Shown: piece by piece, positions 1 through 10,105 of the stretch
Layout of the letters: every line of letters begins with the position of its first letter
Numbering within the stretch: position 1 is the first letter of the stretch
From: Oculatellaceae cyanobacterium bins.114
Lineage (GTDB): Bacteria; Cyanobacteriota; Cyanobacteriia; Elainellales; Elainellaceae
Reading direction: 5' to 3'
DNA: 64,000 nt
Assembly: GCA_033764315.1 (NCBI GenBank)
Contig: JANRJA010000203.1
Span: 1-64,000 of the forward strand
Notes under the pieces: generated by a model
The model's input: only the letters and a program-made list of their open reading frames with translations
What the model was told of the DNA's origin: nothing
Database searches by the model: none
Translations under genes and position numbers: made by a program

Positions 1-8
1 CCCGCCCA

Positions 9-35
9 TTTCACAACTGATTTAGGACTGCTATA
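9..35. mobile_element. right end of a MITE-like repeat (TATAGCARTCC-type terminal inverted repeat)
   Basis: TTTCACAACTGATTTAGGACTGCTATA resembles the reverse complement of the element end at 18402 (TATAGCTATCCTAAATTGTTTGTGAGA); the left end would lie outside the window. Confidence 0.45.
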
Positions 36-68
36 TATAAGTGATTAATCTCTACTTGAAACAAGTGC

Positions 69-452
69 ATGACGGCTAAACGTATTTTGGTTGTTGACAA
101 CGAAGCCTATATCCGCGAAGTTGCCCAAATTTGTTTAGAGACCACCGCTGGGTGGGAGGTCTTGACAGCAAACTCTGGCAAAGCAGGCATCGCGATCGCC
201 CAAGCCGATCAACCCGACGCCATTTTGCTAGATGTCATGATGCCCGACATGGATGGGTTAACAACATTTCAGCACTTGCAGGACAACGCTGTCACACAAA
301 CCATTCCAGTCATTTTGTTAACCGCTAAAGTGCAAGCCTCTGACCGCCAACGCTATAACGAGTTGGGGGTGACTGGGGCGATCGCCAAGCCGTTTGATCC
401 TCTACGACTCGCTCATCAAGTTGCTACAACCTTGGGCTGGACATTCCCTTAG
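69..452 (+). CDS. single-domain response regulator (CheY-like receiver)
   Basis: ILVVDNE, LLDVMMPDMDG (phospho-Asp), LLTA and AKPFD motifs; 127 aa. Confidence 0.93.
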   Translation: MTAKRILVVDNEAYIREVAQICLETTAGWEVLTANSGKAGIAIAQADQPDAILLDVMMPDMDGLTTFQHLQDNAVTQTIPVILLTAKVQASDRQRYNELGVTGAIAKPFDPLRLAHQVATTLGWTFP

Positions 453-458
453 GCTCTG

Positions 459-509
459 TCACTCGTAAACTTGGCTCACTCGTAAACCTGACTCACTCGT
501 AAACCTGGC
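459..509. repeat. 17-bp tandem repeat x3 covering the recF 3' end
   Basis: TCACTCGTAAACTTGGC / TCACTCGTAAACCTGAC / TCACTCGTAAACCTGGC; the third copy contains the recF stop codon. Confidence 0.9.
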
Positions 510-1635
510 CTGCTTTTACAGTCAAAATCTGCGAAGACTTTAGCCATTGCGCATCAAACGACCCCAAGTGAGTGGTGGTGATTAAGGTTTGAAACCGCTC
601 CTGAATCGTGTCGAGCAGTTTGTTTTGGCGGTTTAAATCTAGCTCTGCCAACACATCGTCTAATAACAACAAAGGCGGCTCTCCAACCACCGTTTCAATC
701 AGCTTTAACTCGGCTAATTTCAAGGCCAAGACCAGGGTACGCTGTTGCCCCTGAGAGCCATATTGACGCGCCGGAGTTTGGTTAATCATGAACTCAATCT
801 CATCTCGATGGGGACCCACCAAAGACGTTCCTTGGTGCTTTTCAGCGATCGCCCGTTGTTGAATCTTCTCCAAAAATGCCTGTTGAATGGCAGTCGGGTC
901 ATCTTCAATCAGGCTGACGTTGGGCAGATATCGCACCTCTAACACTTCCTGACTGTTGCTAATCGCTTGATGCCAGGTTTGAGCCAGGGGAGCCAATCGT
1001 TGTAGTGCTCTAGCTCGTCGTCGCATGACACGAGTCCCCGCGATCGCCAACTGAGCATCCCAAACCGCCAACTGACTGAGATCAGTCGGCACCTCTACCA
1101 CATCACTCCGATCAAGAGCCGCTCCTATCGAACGCTGTCTCAACAAAGCATTGCGCTGTCGCAAGATGAGATTATATTGATGCAGGATTGAGGCATAGAC
1201 AGGTTCTAGCTGGGTCAAGACGCTGTCAAGCCAATCGCGACGTTGCCCCGGCCCACTGCGAACCAGGTCTAGATCCAAACTAGAAAACTGAACTGCATTC
1301 AACACTCCCAAAAAATCGAGTTGGCGTTTGAGCGACTGTTCGTTTAACGCTACAGTTCGCCGTCCCTGAGTTCGCAGGGTCAACGCTAACTCGATATTGC
1401 CCAGGCTCCGTTCTAAAGTCGCTGTGACTTGCCCAATCGCTGTGCCATTCAAAATCAAGTCGCGATCGCGACCAGCTCGATGCGATCGCAACGTTGCCAA
1501 TAACTCCACTGCCTCCAACAAGTTAGACTTGCCCTGAGCATTGTCTCCCACCACGATTGTTTTAGGAGCCGCAAACTCCACCCGCTGATCCTGATAATTG
1601 CGGAACTGGCGAAGGTGAAGCGATTGGAGAAACAT
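493..1635 (-). CDS. recF: DNA replication/repair protein RecF
   Basis: FRNY, Walker [23 protein letters not shown] and [11 protein letters not shown]. Confidence 0.97.
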   Translation of the reverse strand: MFLQSLHLRQFRNYQDQRVEFAAPKTIVVGDNAQGKSNLLEAVELLATLRSHRAGRDRDLILNGTAIGQVTATLERSLGNIELALTLRTQGRRTVALNEQSLKRQLDFLGVLNAVQFSSLDLDLVRSGPGQRRDWLDSVLTQLEPVYASILHQYNLILRQRNALLRQRSIGAALDRSDVVEVPTDLSQLAVWDAQLAIAGTRVMRRRARALQRLAPLAQTWHQAISNSQEVLEVRYLPNVSLIEDDPTAIQQAFLEKIQQRAIAEKHQGTSLVGPHRDEIEFMINQTPARQYGSQGQQRTLVLALKLAELKLIETVVGEPPLLLLDDVLAELDLNRQNKLLDTIQERFQTLITTTHLGSFDAQWLKSSQILTVKAGQVYE

Positions 1636-1656
1636 GAGGCAGGAGACATGGGGAGG

Positions 1657-4500
1657 CTAGTGCCGATTGCGAAAAAACCAGCGAATGAAGAGCTTTTCAA
1701 TCTCAACCCACAGGAACATTAACAAGCTGGCACCAATACAAATACCCAACTCCGTTGGGCTTAACCAATGAGTTCCAAAGAAATTGCGGAGTGGCTCAAC
1801 ATAAATCAGTAACAACTGCAAAATTGTGGTTAGCACAACCGACGCCAGCACATAAGGATTGGAAAACGGGTTGATTTCAACCGTTAGTTGCGTGTTAGAA
1901 CGAATCGCCATAGCGTGTCCCATTTGCGCTAAACACAGGGTTGTAAACACCATCGTTTTCCAGCGTTCTGGATCACCAATGCCAGATGTGTCAGCAGCCG
2001 TGTAGTTGTAAGACCAAACCATTAAGCTAATGGCAATGATCCCCAAGACAATGCCAATACGAATCATATACAACCCTAAACCACGAGCAAAAATGCTCTC
2101 TTTAGGATCATTCGGAGGACGCTCCATGACGTTCGGCTCTGCGGGCTCAACCGCTAACGCCAACGCTGGTAAACCATCTGTCACCAGGTTCATCCACAGA
2201 ATTTGTAGGGGCGTGAGAGGCACACCACCCCCCACTAACAAAGGAGAAGCGGCGATCGTTAACACTTCTCCAATGTTGGAACCCAAAATATATTTGATGA
2301 AGCGGCGAATATTGGTGTAAACCACTCGACCTTCTTCGGTGGCGGCAACAATGGTAGCAAAGTTGTCATCCAGCAATACCATGTCGCTGGCTTCCTTGCT
2401 CACATCAGTTCCCGTAATTCCCATAGCAATTCCAATGTCGGCCTGTTTGAGAGCAGGGGCATCGTTAACCCCATCTCCGGTCATGGCGACAATCCTGCCA
2501 CGGCGTTGCAGAGCCTGCACAATCCGTAGTTTATGCTCAGGAGCTACCCGCGCATAGATACCGACTTGCTCAACCCGTTCTTCCATCTCAGCCGGACTGA
2601 GTTTTTCTAGATCGCGCCCGGTCAACACTCGGTCACCAGGTTGAGAAATTCCCAAGTCTTCAGCGATCGCCTGCGCCGTTAGTTGGTGGTCTCCCGTGAT
2701 CATGACGGGGCGAATGCCTGCCGTGCGGCACCGAGCCACTGCTTCCCTCACCTCTGGACGAGGTGCATCCAACATATCAACCAAACCCAGCCAGATTAGA
2801 TCCGTCTCTGTAGCTTCATCAGAGCCTTCTAGCGGCAAAACATCTAATGGCTTGTAGGCAAACCCCAGAACTCGTAAGCCCTTGCCTGCCAGTTGATTGT
2901 TTTTCTCTAAAATCGCATTTCGCTGAGCGTCCGTTAGAGGTTCTGTGCGATCGCCTATTTGCAACGATTGACACCGTTCTAAAACAATCTCAGGCGAACC
3001 CTTGGTAAACATCAAATAAGGGAAGCTAGTTTGAGCCACCGGAATCAGACCTTTTAGCGTCTCTTGATCGGTTTCACTGGTGTTAACCATAACGCTCATC
3101 CGCTTCCGCTCTGATGAGAATGGAAACTCAGCCGCACGGGGCAACTTATGGTCATAGTGATGGCGATCGATGCCAGCTTTACCGGCCACGACGAGTAACG
3201 CGCCTTCCGTGGGGTCACCCAAAATCATCCACTGACCATTTTCTTTCTGCAAAATCGAATCATTACAAAGTGCACAGGCGGCTAGCAGAGACTTGAGTTC
3301 AGGTAGATCCTGAGGCTGAGCCTGGTGCTCATCAATGTAAAACTGTCCCTCTGGAACATAACCCTCACCCGTGACCCGCAGCGATTGAGTGGGTGGGTGG
3401 ATCGACTGCACCACCATCTTATTCTGGGTTAGCGTTCCGGTTTTATCAGAACAGATCGTTGTCACAGAACCCAATGTTTCAACCGCAGGTAACTTGCGAA
3501 TTAAGGCCTGTCGTCGCACCATTCGTTGGGTGCCGATCGCCAAAGTCACTGTAATGACAGCGGGCAAACCTTCTGGCACAACCGCAACTGCCATACTAAG
3601 TGAGACTTCCAGCAATTCTCTAAAACTGCCTAACCCTGCCGCCAGCAACCCGCCTCCAACAACGATCGCCACCAGAGTCAGTGCACCCGTCACTAAGACC
3701 TGGCTCAGCTGATCCATCCGCTGTTGCAAAGGAGTTGGCTCTGACTCAACCGATTGCAGCATCGTCGCAATCTTGCCAAGTTCCGTCTTCATGCCCGTAT
3801 TGGTCACTAATACGGTGCCCCGTCCTTGCACGACCTCGGTTCCTTGAAACACCAAATTGATGCGATCGCCCAGAGCCGTATCTTCCGGCAACTGTAGCTG
3901 AACTTGCTTATTAACAGCTTGTGCTTCCCCAGTCAGAGCCGCTTCGCGAATTTGTAAATTAGCTGACTCTAACAACCGACCATCTGCCGAAACCTGAGCC
4001 CCCGCATCCAGCAGCATCACATCTCCCGGCACTAGGTCTTTAGAGTTAATCTCCAAAATCTTGCCATCACGAGTCACCCGTACCCGAGGAGACGCCAAAT
4101 TTTTAAGGGCAGCCAGAGCTTTCTCAGCACGGCTTTCTTGCACAAACCCCAACAATCCATTTAAAAACACAATGGCCAGAATAGCGATCGTGTCTTTGAA
4201 CGGAATGTCATTTGCCTTAACCGTTCCTGCTCGCAGATCGAGCAAATCCATAATGCCTGAAATGATCGCCACCGCAATCAACATCAACAACATGATGTTT
4301 TTGAACTGATCCAGCAGAATCGCCCAAGTCGAGCGTCCACCCGATTCTTCTAATTCGTTAGGTCCATAGTGTTGCAGCCGCTCTGCCACTTGTTGACTCG
4401 TTAAACCCAACTCGCGATCGCTCTGAAGCTGGTCAACCGCCTTGTCCGGGGCCAACGTGTGCCAGGTCGGTGAAGTGTTTTGAGAAGAAACAGCAGTCAT
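1657..4500 (-). CDS. cation-transporting P-type ATPase, type IIA (Ca2+, PacL/PMA1-like)
   Basis: [24 protein letters not shown] and [12 protein letters not shown] motifs; multiple TM helices. Confidence 0.95.
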   Translation of the reverse strand: MTAVSSQNTSPTWHTLAPDKAVDQLQSDRELGLTSQQVAERLQHYGPNELEESGGRSTWAILLDQFKNIMLLMLIAVAIISGIMDLLDLRAGTVKANDIPFKDTIAILAIVFLNGLLGFVQESRAEKALAALKNLASPRVRVTRDGKILEINSKDLVPGDVMLLDAGAQVSADGRLLESANLQIREAALTGEAQAVNKQVQLQLPEDTALGDRINLVFQGTEVVQGRGTVLVTNTGMKTELGKIATMLQSVESEPTPLQQRMDQLSQVLVTGALTLVAIVVGGGLLAAGLGSFRELLEVSLSMAVAVVPEGLPAVITVTLAIGTQRMVRRQALIRKLPAVETLGSVTTICSDKTGTLTQNKMVVQSIHPPTQSLRVTGEGYVPEGQFYIDEHQAQPQDLPELKSLLAACALCNDSILQKENGQWMILGDPTEGALLVVAGKAGIDRHHYDHKLPRAAEFPFSSERKRMSVMVNTSETDQETLKGLIPVAQTSFPYLMFTKGSPEIVLERCQSLQIGDRTEPLTDAQRNAILEKNNQLAGKGLRVLGFAYKPLDVLPLEGSDEATETDLIWLGLVDMLDAPRPEVREAVARCRTAGIRPVMITGDHQLTAQAIAEDLGISQPGDRVLTGRDLEKLSPAEMEERVEQVGIYARVAPEHKLRIVQALQRRGRIVAMTGDGVNDAPALKQADIGIAMGITGTDVSKEASDMVLLDDNFATIVAATEEGRVVYTNIRRFIKYILGSNIGEVLTIAASPLLVGGGVPLTPLQILWMNLVTDGLPALALAVEPAEPNVMERPPNDPKESIFARGLGLYMIRIGIVLGIIAISLMVWSYNYTAADTSGIGDPERWKTMVFTTLCLAQMGHAMAIRSNTQLTVEINPFSNPYVLASVVLTTILQLLLIYVEPLRNFFGTHWLSPTELGICIGASLLMFLWVEIEKLFIRWFFRNRH

Positions 4501-5325
4501 GAATTTAGGGAGAACGTAAGGTAGACAGAGAGATTTGAACGTTTAAAAATAAGGTTTATCGAACAAGATGCCTCAAGATCATAGAGCGAAAACTTCACTC
4601 ATGGACACTCCCCTAGTTGGTGAATTGGGCAAACTACTTATGAGACATCCCAATATCTCTGATTAATCATTGTGAGTGGTGAACATACGCCAGTAATGAC
4701 CGTGCAACCACTGACAACATCATTCATCATTCACCATAAGTTGAAACCCCCATTCAATATAGAACAGGTTAATGGTTCCAAAATGTGTCTAACGACAGAC
4801 AGCACAACCTAACAATACTGGCTTAGTTCTTTCAAAGAAACACTCTTTTGATGAATTATCAGCCTGTACTGCCTAAAAATAGGTTGGAAAAATAGCAGCA
4901 TTTTTATGATTTTCCAAATGCTCATTTATTTGACCCAGGGAAACAATAGGATCAGTCAATGAGAAGCTTTCAATAGATATTGAATGAACTGTCAAAGAAT
5001 TTCAACTGTCAAAAAGAGCTGCACAATCCTTAAGTCAGACTGAGTTACGCCGGAGATATTGACCACAGGTGCATGAAATCTAGCATTGACGGTCTTAACA
5101 CACTGGGCAAGGTATAAATTTCCCGGTGCCAATTGCCAAGTCTGACTTGAAAACTGATTTCGCAGCCGCTTCAAGCTTGCAAACACAGCAATTCACCCAG
5201 AAGCGATCGCCACCCATAATCGCTGCCTGCAAACATCCCAACTTACCCTTACTTCTCCTATCTTAAACGTCGCGAATCGGTAAATGGGTAATTCTTCGTA
5301 ATGCCTCACACTTATTTCTTCAAAA

Positions 5326-5361
5326 TATAATAGAAATATAAAAACTGTAGCTTTTAATACA
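5326..5361 (+). promoter_or_regulatory. gdhA promoter: TATAAT -10 box followed by a consensus NtcA site
   Basis: TATAAT at 5326-5331; TGTA-GCTTTTAA-TACA at 5346-5361. Confidence 0.6.
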
Positions 5362-5442
5362 TTTTTGTGGGCAACATAGAGAAACAACCGGGGATCATCC
5401 CTCTCTTCAATTCGATCACACCCGGTTTAGAGGAGAAGAATT

Positions 5443-6726
5443 ATGTCCTATTCGATGTTGTCTGACGCCAATCAACGATTAGAGAAAGCATTGAGATATG
5501 TCTCTCTTGCCGATGATGTCACTGAACGGTTGCGCTACCCTAAAGCCAGTCTCAGTGTTGCCATTCCAGTTCGCATGGATGACGGGTCGTTGAGAGTCTT
5601 TCAAGGATATCGAGTGCGTTATGACGATAGCCGTGGACCCACTAAAGGAGGAGTACGCTTTCATCCCAATGTGACGTTAGACGAGGTGCAATCACTGGCA
5701 TTTTGGATGACGTTTAAATGTGCTGTACTCAACCTGCCCTTTGGCGGTGCAAAAGGCGGCATTACACTGAACCCTAAAGAACTCTCGAAGTTTGAGTTAG
5801 AGCGATTGAGCCGGGGCTATGTCGATGCGATCGCTGATTTTATCGGACCCGACATCGATATTCCTGCCCCCGATGTCTACACCAATCCCATGATTATGGG
5901 GTGGATGATGGATCAATACAGCATTATCCAACGAAAAATCATTCCAGCAGTTGTCACAGGTAAGCCCATCAGCATGGGCGGCAGCTTAGGACGAGAAACA
6001 GCAACGGCAATGGGTGCTTTTTTTGTCATCCAAGCTGCCCTAGCTCATTTCAATCGCCCTCCAACCAATACCACTGTTGCTATTCAAGGGTTTGGCAACG
6101 CTGGGGCTGTGCTGGCTGAGTTGATGTTTAAAGCCGGATATCAAGTAGTCGCTGTCAGTGACTCACAGGGAGGTGTTTATGCTAAACAAGGGCTAGACAT
6201 CCCCAGCATTCGGCGTCTCAAAGATGCGAGTCGCGGCATCAAAGCCGTTTATTGCGAAGGCAGCGTTTGCAGCACCATTGACCACACTCCTATTACCAAC
6301 GAGGAACTGTTGAAACTGGATGTTGATGTGCTAGTTCCAGCCGCCCTAGAAAATCAGATCACTGCCGAGAATGCCAATCAGATTCAAGCAAAATACATTT
6401 TTGAAGTGGCCAACGGGCCAACAGCCTCCAGTGCTGACCCGATTTTAGAAGCAAAAGGAATTCATGTCTTTCCCGACATTCTAGTGAATGCGGGAGGAGT
6501 CACTGTGAGCTACTACGAATGGGTGCAAAATCGCAGTGGGTTCTACTGGTCACTCGATGAGGTCAACCGTCGTCTAGAACAAAGCATGACCACTGAAACT
6601 GAAAAGATTTGGGCGATCGCTCAAGAACTCTCAGTTTCACTCCGCACAGCGGCTTACGTCCACGCCCTCAATCGCTTAGGAGACGCCATTCAAGCGAAAG
6701 GAACGCAGGATTACTATGTCAACTAA
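5443..6726 (+). CDS. gdhA: glutamate dehydrogenase (Glu/Leu/Phe/Val dehydrogenase family)
   Basis: GPTKGGVRFHP, PFGGAKGG, DIPAPDV, IQGFGNAG, EVANGP and PDILVNAGGV; AGGAG ribosome-binding site. Confidence 0.95.
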   Translation: MSYSMLSDANQRLEKALRYVSLADDVTERLRYPKASLSVAIPVRMDDGSLRVFQGYRVRYDDSRGPTKGGVRFHPNVTLDEVQSLAFWMTFKCAVLNLPFGGAKGGITLNPKELSKFELERLSRGYVDAIADFIGPDIDIPAPDVYTNPMIMGWMMDQYSIIQRKIIPAVVTGKPISMGGSLGRETATAMGAFFVIQAALAHFNRPPTNTTVAIQGFGNAGAVLAELMFKAGYQVVAVSDSQGGVYAKQGLDIPSIRRLKDASRGIKAVYCEGSVCSTIDHTPITNEELLKLDVDVLVPAALENQITAENANQIQAKYIFEVANGPTASSADPILEAKGIHVFPDILVNAGGVTVSYYEWVQNRSGFYWSLDEVNRRLEQSMTTETEKIWAIAQELSVSLRTAAYVHALNRLGDAIQAKGTQDYYVN

Positions 6727-6938
6727 AGATGACGAGGTGAACTAAATAGGATTCCGGGAGTAGGGAGTCAATGCATGGCAGGTAATGGCAGGTCAATGAG
6801 TGAATGCGTCGTTTACCTTCAACCCTCCGTCTTTCTCCCTATTCTTTTTTTCTCTGTTTTCTTCCCTGTTGTCTCTTGCCTTTTCTCTCCTGCCTGATAC
6901 CCTCATACTGTGGGCCTTCAAGAATTTTGGTGCGTAAC

Positions 6939-7811
6939 ATGGTGCACAACACTGCCGTCAACCTGTCCTCTGACTCTAACTCTAAGCCTCAAGCGACCGA
7001 CATTCAGCTTTTAGTCGTTGACATCGATGGCACGATCGCCGGAGAGTCGAATGATATTCGTCCCGCTGTGTTAAATGCAATTCAAGCCGTGCAAGCCAAA
7101 GGCATTCCAGTGGCGATCGCCACCGGACGCATGTATCGCTCTGCTTTGCGGTTTTATCAGGCAATTGGCTCCAAGCTGCCCCTGCTAAGCTATCAGGGGG
7201 CGTTGATTAAAGACCCTGCCACTAATCATCTCCATCGTCATTGGGCCATCTCTCAGCCCTATGCCCTCCAATTGATTGATCACTTTGAGCAACCTGAACT
7301 GCGATTGGAGTTGTCAATTCACCTCTATATCAACGATCAGCTTTATGTTCGTGAAATTACCCCTGAAACGGAGTTGTATGCTGAACGATCACAAGTAGAG
7401 GCGATCGCTGTCGGAGATTTACGTCAGGCACTCGATGTTGAGCCAACCAAAATCTTGGCATTGAGCCACAACACCGACTTAGTCGATCACCTGCTCACCT
7501 CACTCCGACAACGTTACACTCCAGCAGAGCTGTATTTCACCAAGTCAGTGGCTACCTTTTTTGAGGCCACTAATCCATTAGTCAACAAGGGCACAGCCGT
7601 GCGCTATCTCGCTGAAGAAATCTTAGGGCTTCAGGCTCACAATGTGATGACCATCGGCGATAACTTTAATGATGTAGAAATGCTGGAATATGCTGGAATA
7701 GGCGTTGCTATGGGAAATGCCCCAACCGATGTGCAAGCGATCGCTCAATGGGTTGCCCCTAGCGTTGAAGCGGATGGAGTTGCAGCCGCAATCGAAGAAT
7801 TTTTGCTATAA
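6939..7811 (+). CDS. Cof-type HAD-IIB hydrolase
   Basis: DIDGT, ATGR, VNKG and IGDNFNDVEM; start moved to ATG 6939 because the upstream extension is a CT-rich low-complexity tract. Confidence 0.92.
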   Translation: MVHNTAVNLSSDSNSKPQATDIQLLVVDIDGTIAGESNDIRPAVLNAIQAVQAKGIPVAIATGRMYRSALRFYQAIGSKLPLLSYQGALIKDPATNHLHRHWAISQPYALQLIDHFEQPELRLELSIHLYINDQLYVREITPETELYAERSQVEAIAVGDLRQALDVEPTKILALSHNTDLVDHLLTSLRQRYTPAELYFTKSVATFFEATNPLVNKGTAVRYLAEEILGLQAHNVMTIGDNFNDVEMLEYAGIGVAMGNAPTDVQAIAQWVAPSVEADGVAAAIEEFLL

Positions 7812-7983
7812 ACAGCTACTAAGCTATTGCATCCCAAAAACCTAAGCGTTCAAACCGTTAAATAGCAGCAGAGCCACATCGCAACATTAAACAACATGGC
7901 AACTAGAAACAGTTCAATATTCAGGTAAATAAAAACTTGGAGCGAAAGGCTATATACAGTAAATGCTATATGCACTATAGAAA

Positions 7984-8049
7984 TCAGAAAGGGCATCGAC
8001 GACTGACCGTGTTTCGTCTCGATGCCCTTGCTGGTTCGCTCCTCACACT
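7984..8049 (-). ncRNA. yfr2: Yfr2-family small RNA (probable)
   Basis: The minus strand reads GTGTGAGGAGCGAACC then a hairpin AAGGGCATCGA...GAAACACGG...TCGATGCCCTT. The 5' GUGUGAGGAG and GAAACA-type loop match Yfr2 as I recall it. An extended -10 TG-C-TACATT (8056-8064) lies 6-7 nt upstream. Confidence 0.75.
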
Positions 8050-8125
8050 AGCAACAATGTAGCAGACTCATTCGGGTTTGTCATCTATTTGAAGAGAATG
8101 TGACAAAGTGATGAACTTACTGGGC

Positions 8126-9133
8126 TTAGAGACAAACAGGTGCCATCACACCGATGCCTTCTTGCAGCAGCAGGTTGAGCAACCCCTGGGTCACAGAGAT
8201 TAGCCCTAAACGGACTTGTGCTAACTCTAAACTGGCTTTTTGAGCCTCGCCCAACAAGGGGCAAGCGGCATGAAATGCTTGAAACGTTTGACTCAGTTCC
8301 ATCGCCAACTTGAAGTCAACAGCCCGATTGAGAGTCACAACATCTGATGAAGCAAGCTCTGCAAGCCGATCTAGCGTAACAACGCATTGAGTTATCAACT
8401 GCCACTCCGTTATTTGCTGGAAACGCAAACGATGCTCTGCATCAAGCCAAGGGAGTGAGTTAGGGACAGCAATCAATGGCACCGACTGTCTCCAATGGGG
8501 TTGAGCATTATCTAATTCAATCAATTCTGCCTGATGTGCCAGATGCAACAGTGAGCAACAACGAGCATGAGTATACTGAATAATAAAAGAAGAATTTGTA
8601 AAATTACCGAGTTGGTGGATATCAGTTTCGTAACCCTGATTTATAGTGGGGCAGTCACCCGCTCTAATTGAATTAACCAGTAGTTGTAACCAAAGAGCTG
8701 TGCCAGTCTCATTGAGTTGTAGAGAAATCCAACCAGATGGATTAATTTGCACCTTAAAATTTTTCCAAACTCTCTCCAAAGGTAGGTGATTATTCTCCTG
8801 ATCCGCGCTTAAATCTATATTGGTCAATCTTGCTTGAATTTTGTCAACAAGCCTTATTACCGAGATTCCTAGCGACTTAGATAGCTTAAAAGCGATCGCA
8901 GATCCATATTCAATTCGGCCTGGATGCTTGATCAATTTAATTGGAATGGTCTGAAGCGGTAAATCAATAGTTTGTATTAAAGCATTCAACCCCTGATTCG
9001 TCTTCTCATCCCTTGACAAATGACCAGTCAGTAACAAAATTGACCTCTGCAACTTTTTCACTAAAAGTGAGCGGAGAGCAAGCTGTAGGATGATAGGTGA
9101 AGTTGAATTCACGTGAATACCGAGACAGGGCAA
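8126..9133 (-). CDS. stand-alone DALR anticodon-binding domain protein (ArgRS-derived, no catalytic core); start uncertain
   Basis: IQYTHARCCSLL and FQAFHAAC...RLGL...GIGVMAP match the DALR domain; YGSAIAFKL and PSGWISL resemble the ArgRS N-terminal domain; no HIGH motif. Confidence 0.8.
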   Translation of the reverse strand: MPCLGIHVNSTSPIILQLALRSLLVKKLQRSILLLTGHLSRDEKTNQGLNALIQTIDLPLQTIPIKLIKHPGRIEYGSAIAFKLSKSLGISVIRLVDKIQARLTNIDLSADQENNHLPLERVWKNFKVQINPSGWISLQLNETGTALWLQLLVNSIRAGDCPTINQGYETDIHQLGNFTNSSFIIQYTHARCCSLLHLAHQAELIELDNAQPHWRQSVPLIAVPNSLPWLDAEHRLRFQQITEWQLITQCVVTLDRLAELASSDVVTLNRAVDFKLAMELSQTFQAFHAACPLLGEAQKASLELAQVRLGLISVTQGLLNLLLQEGIGVMAPVCL

Positions 9134-9394
9134 AAGGAATTTGTAGTTTAAATATTGCCTTCTCTTTCAAAAATCAGATAAATTTCGTAGGCTAATACGA
9201 AACTTTATAAGAAGAAAATGAATCATACCTCTTGAAGCGTAAAGTTAATCCGTGTTTATCTGTATTCCATTTGCGTTATGTAACGTTAAGCTGGTTCTAC
9301 CTCGCTAGCCACTTAGCTCAAAGAGTTGGGCCAAACGTTAATCATACGCAAATTCAGAGTTCCAGACCTCTACTGATTCCCAAAGCTCCTGCCT

Positions 9395-10105
9395 ATGCAC
9401 TCAGTATCCTCCTCCCAACCAGAAACCGCCCGTCCTTTTCTGACCTGGCAACGTATTCTTGACTGGGCACAGGAACACTACCGTTGTCGTACCTTCGGCA
9501 AGGACGAAAAGATACCAGCTCGACCCGGATTGCTCTATCTCGTTCAACGAGGTGCCGTTCGTCTCGTCGGTGAAGCTCAAGTGAGTGCCACCGCAGGCAA
9601 TTCTCGCTTACCTCGAATCAACTCAGAAGAAGCATTTTTGGGTTTTGTCGGTGCGGGTCAGCCCTTTGAGATTGTGGCTCAATCTCCTTTTACTCTGCAA
9701 AGTGTGGCTCATGTTGACCAAACAGCCGTTATCTGGCTCTATTGGCACGATTTAGATAACTGGCCCCACTTCCGTCGTGAAGTTTTAAATGCATTTCGCT
9801 ATCAACACCAGCGCAAGCTGTTGTGGTTAAGTACGTTAGGTCAACGCCGCACCATCGATCGCCTTTTAGGATTTCTCACTTTATTAATTGAGGAATTTGG
9901 TGAACCGTGTGACGAAGGGTATTACTTGCCCTGGATTCTGACACACGCTCAAATTGGTAGTGCGATCGGCTCTACTCGGGTAACGGTCACTCGTTTAATG
10001 GGTAAGCTGCGTCAACGAGGCTTAATTCGGTCTTATGGAGACAACCTCTTGTGTCTGCCTGCCGAATCTTCTGCTTTGCAACAAAAGCGATCGCAGTCAA
10101 CCTAG
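9395..10105 (+). CDS. Crp/Fnr family transcriptional regulator
   Basis: LYLVQRGAVRL cNMP-like domain; HTH LTHAQIGSAIGSTRVTVTRLMGKL. Confidence 0.93.
   Translation: MHSVSSSQPETARPFLTWQRILDWAQEHYRCRTFGKDEKIPARPGLLYLVQRGAVRLVGEAQVSATAGNSRLPRINSEEAFLGFVGAGQPFEIVAQSPFTLQSVAHVDQTAVIWLYWHDLDNWPHFRREVLNAFRYQHQRKLLWLSTLGQRRTIDRLLGFLTLLIEEFGEPCDEGYYLPWILTHAQIGSAIGSTRVTVTRLMGKLRQRGLIRSYGDNLLCLPAESSALQQKRSQST

Noticed and set aside
459-509. Possible mini-CRISPR
   Set aside because: The 17-bp units abut directly with no spacers
6804-6938. Cys/Phe/Leu-rich N-terminal extension of the HAD hydrolase
   Set aside because: It is the translation of a pyrimidine-rich low-complexity tract; similar tracts lie near 45970-46050 and 56640-56685
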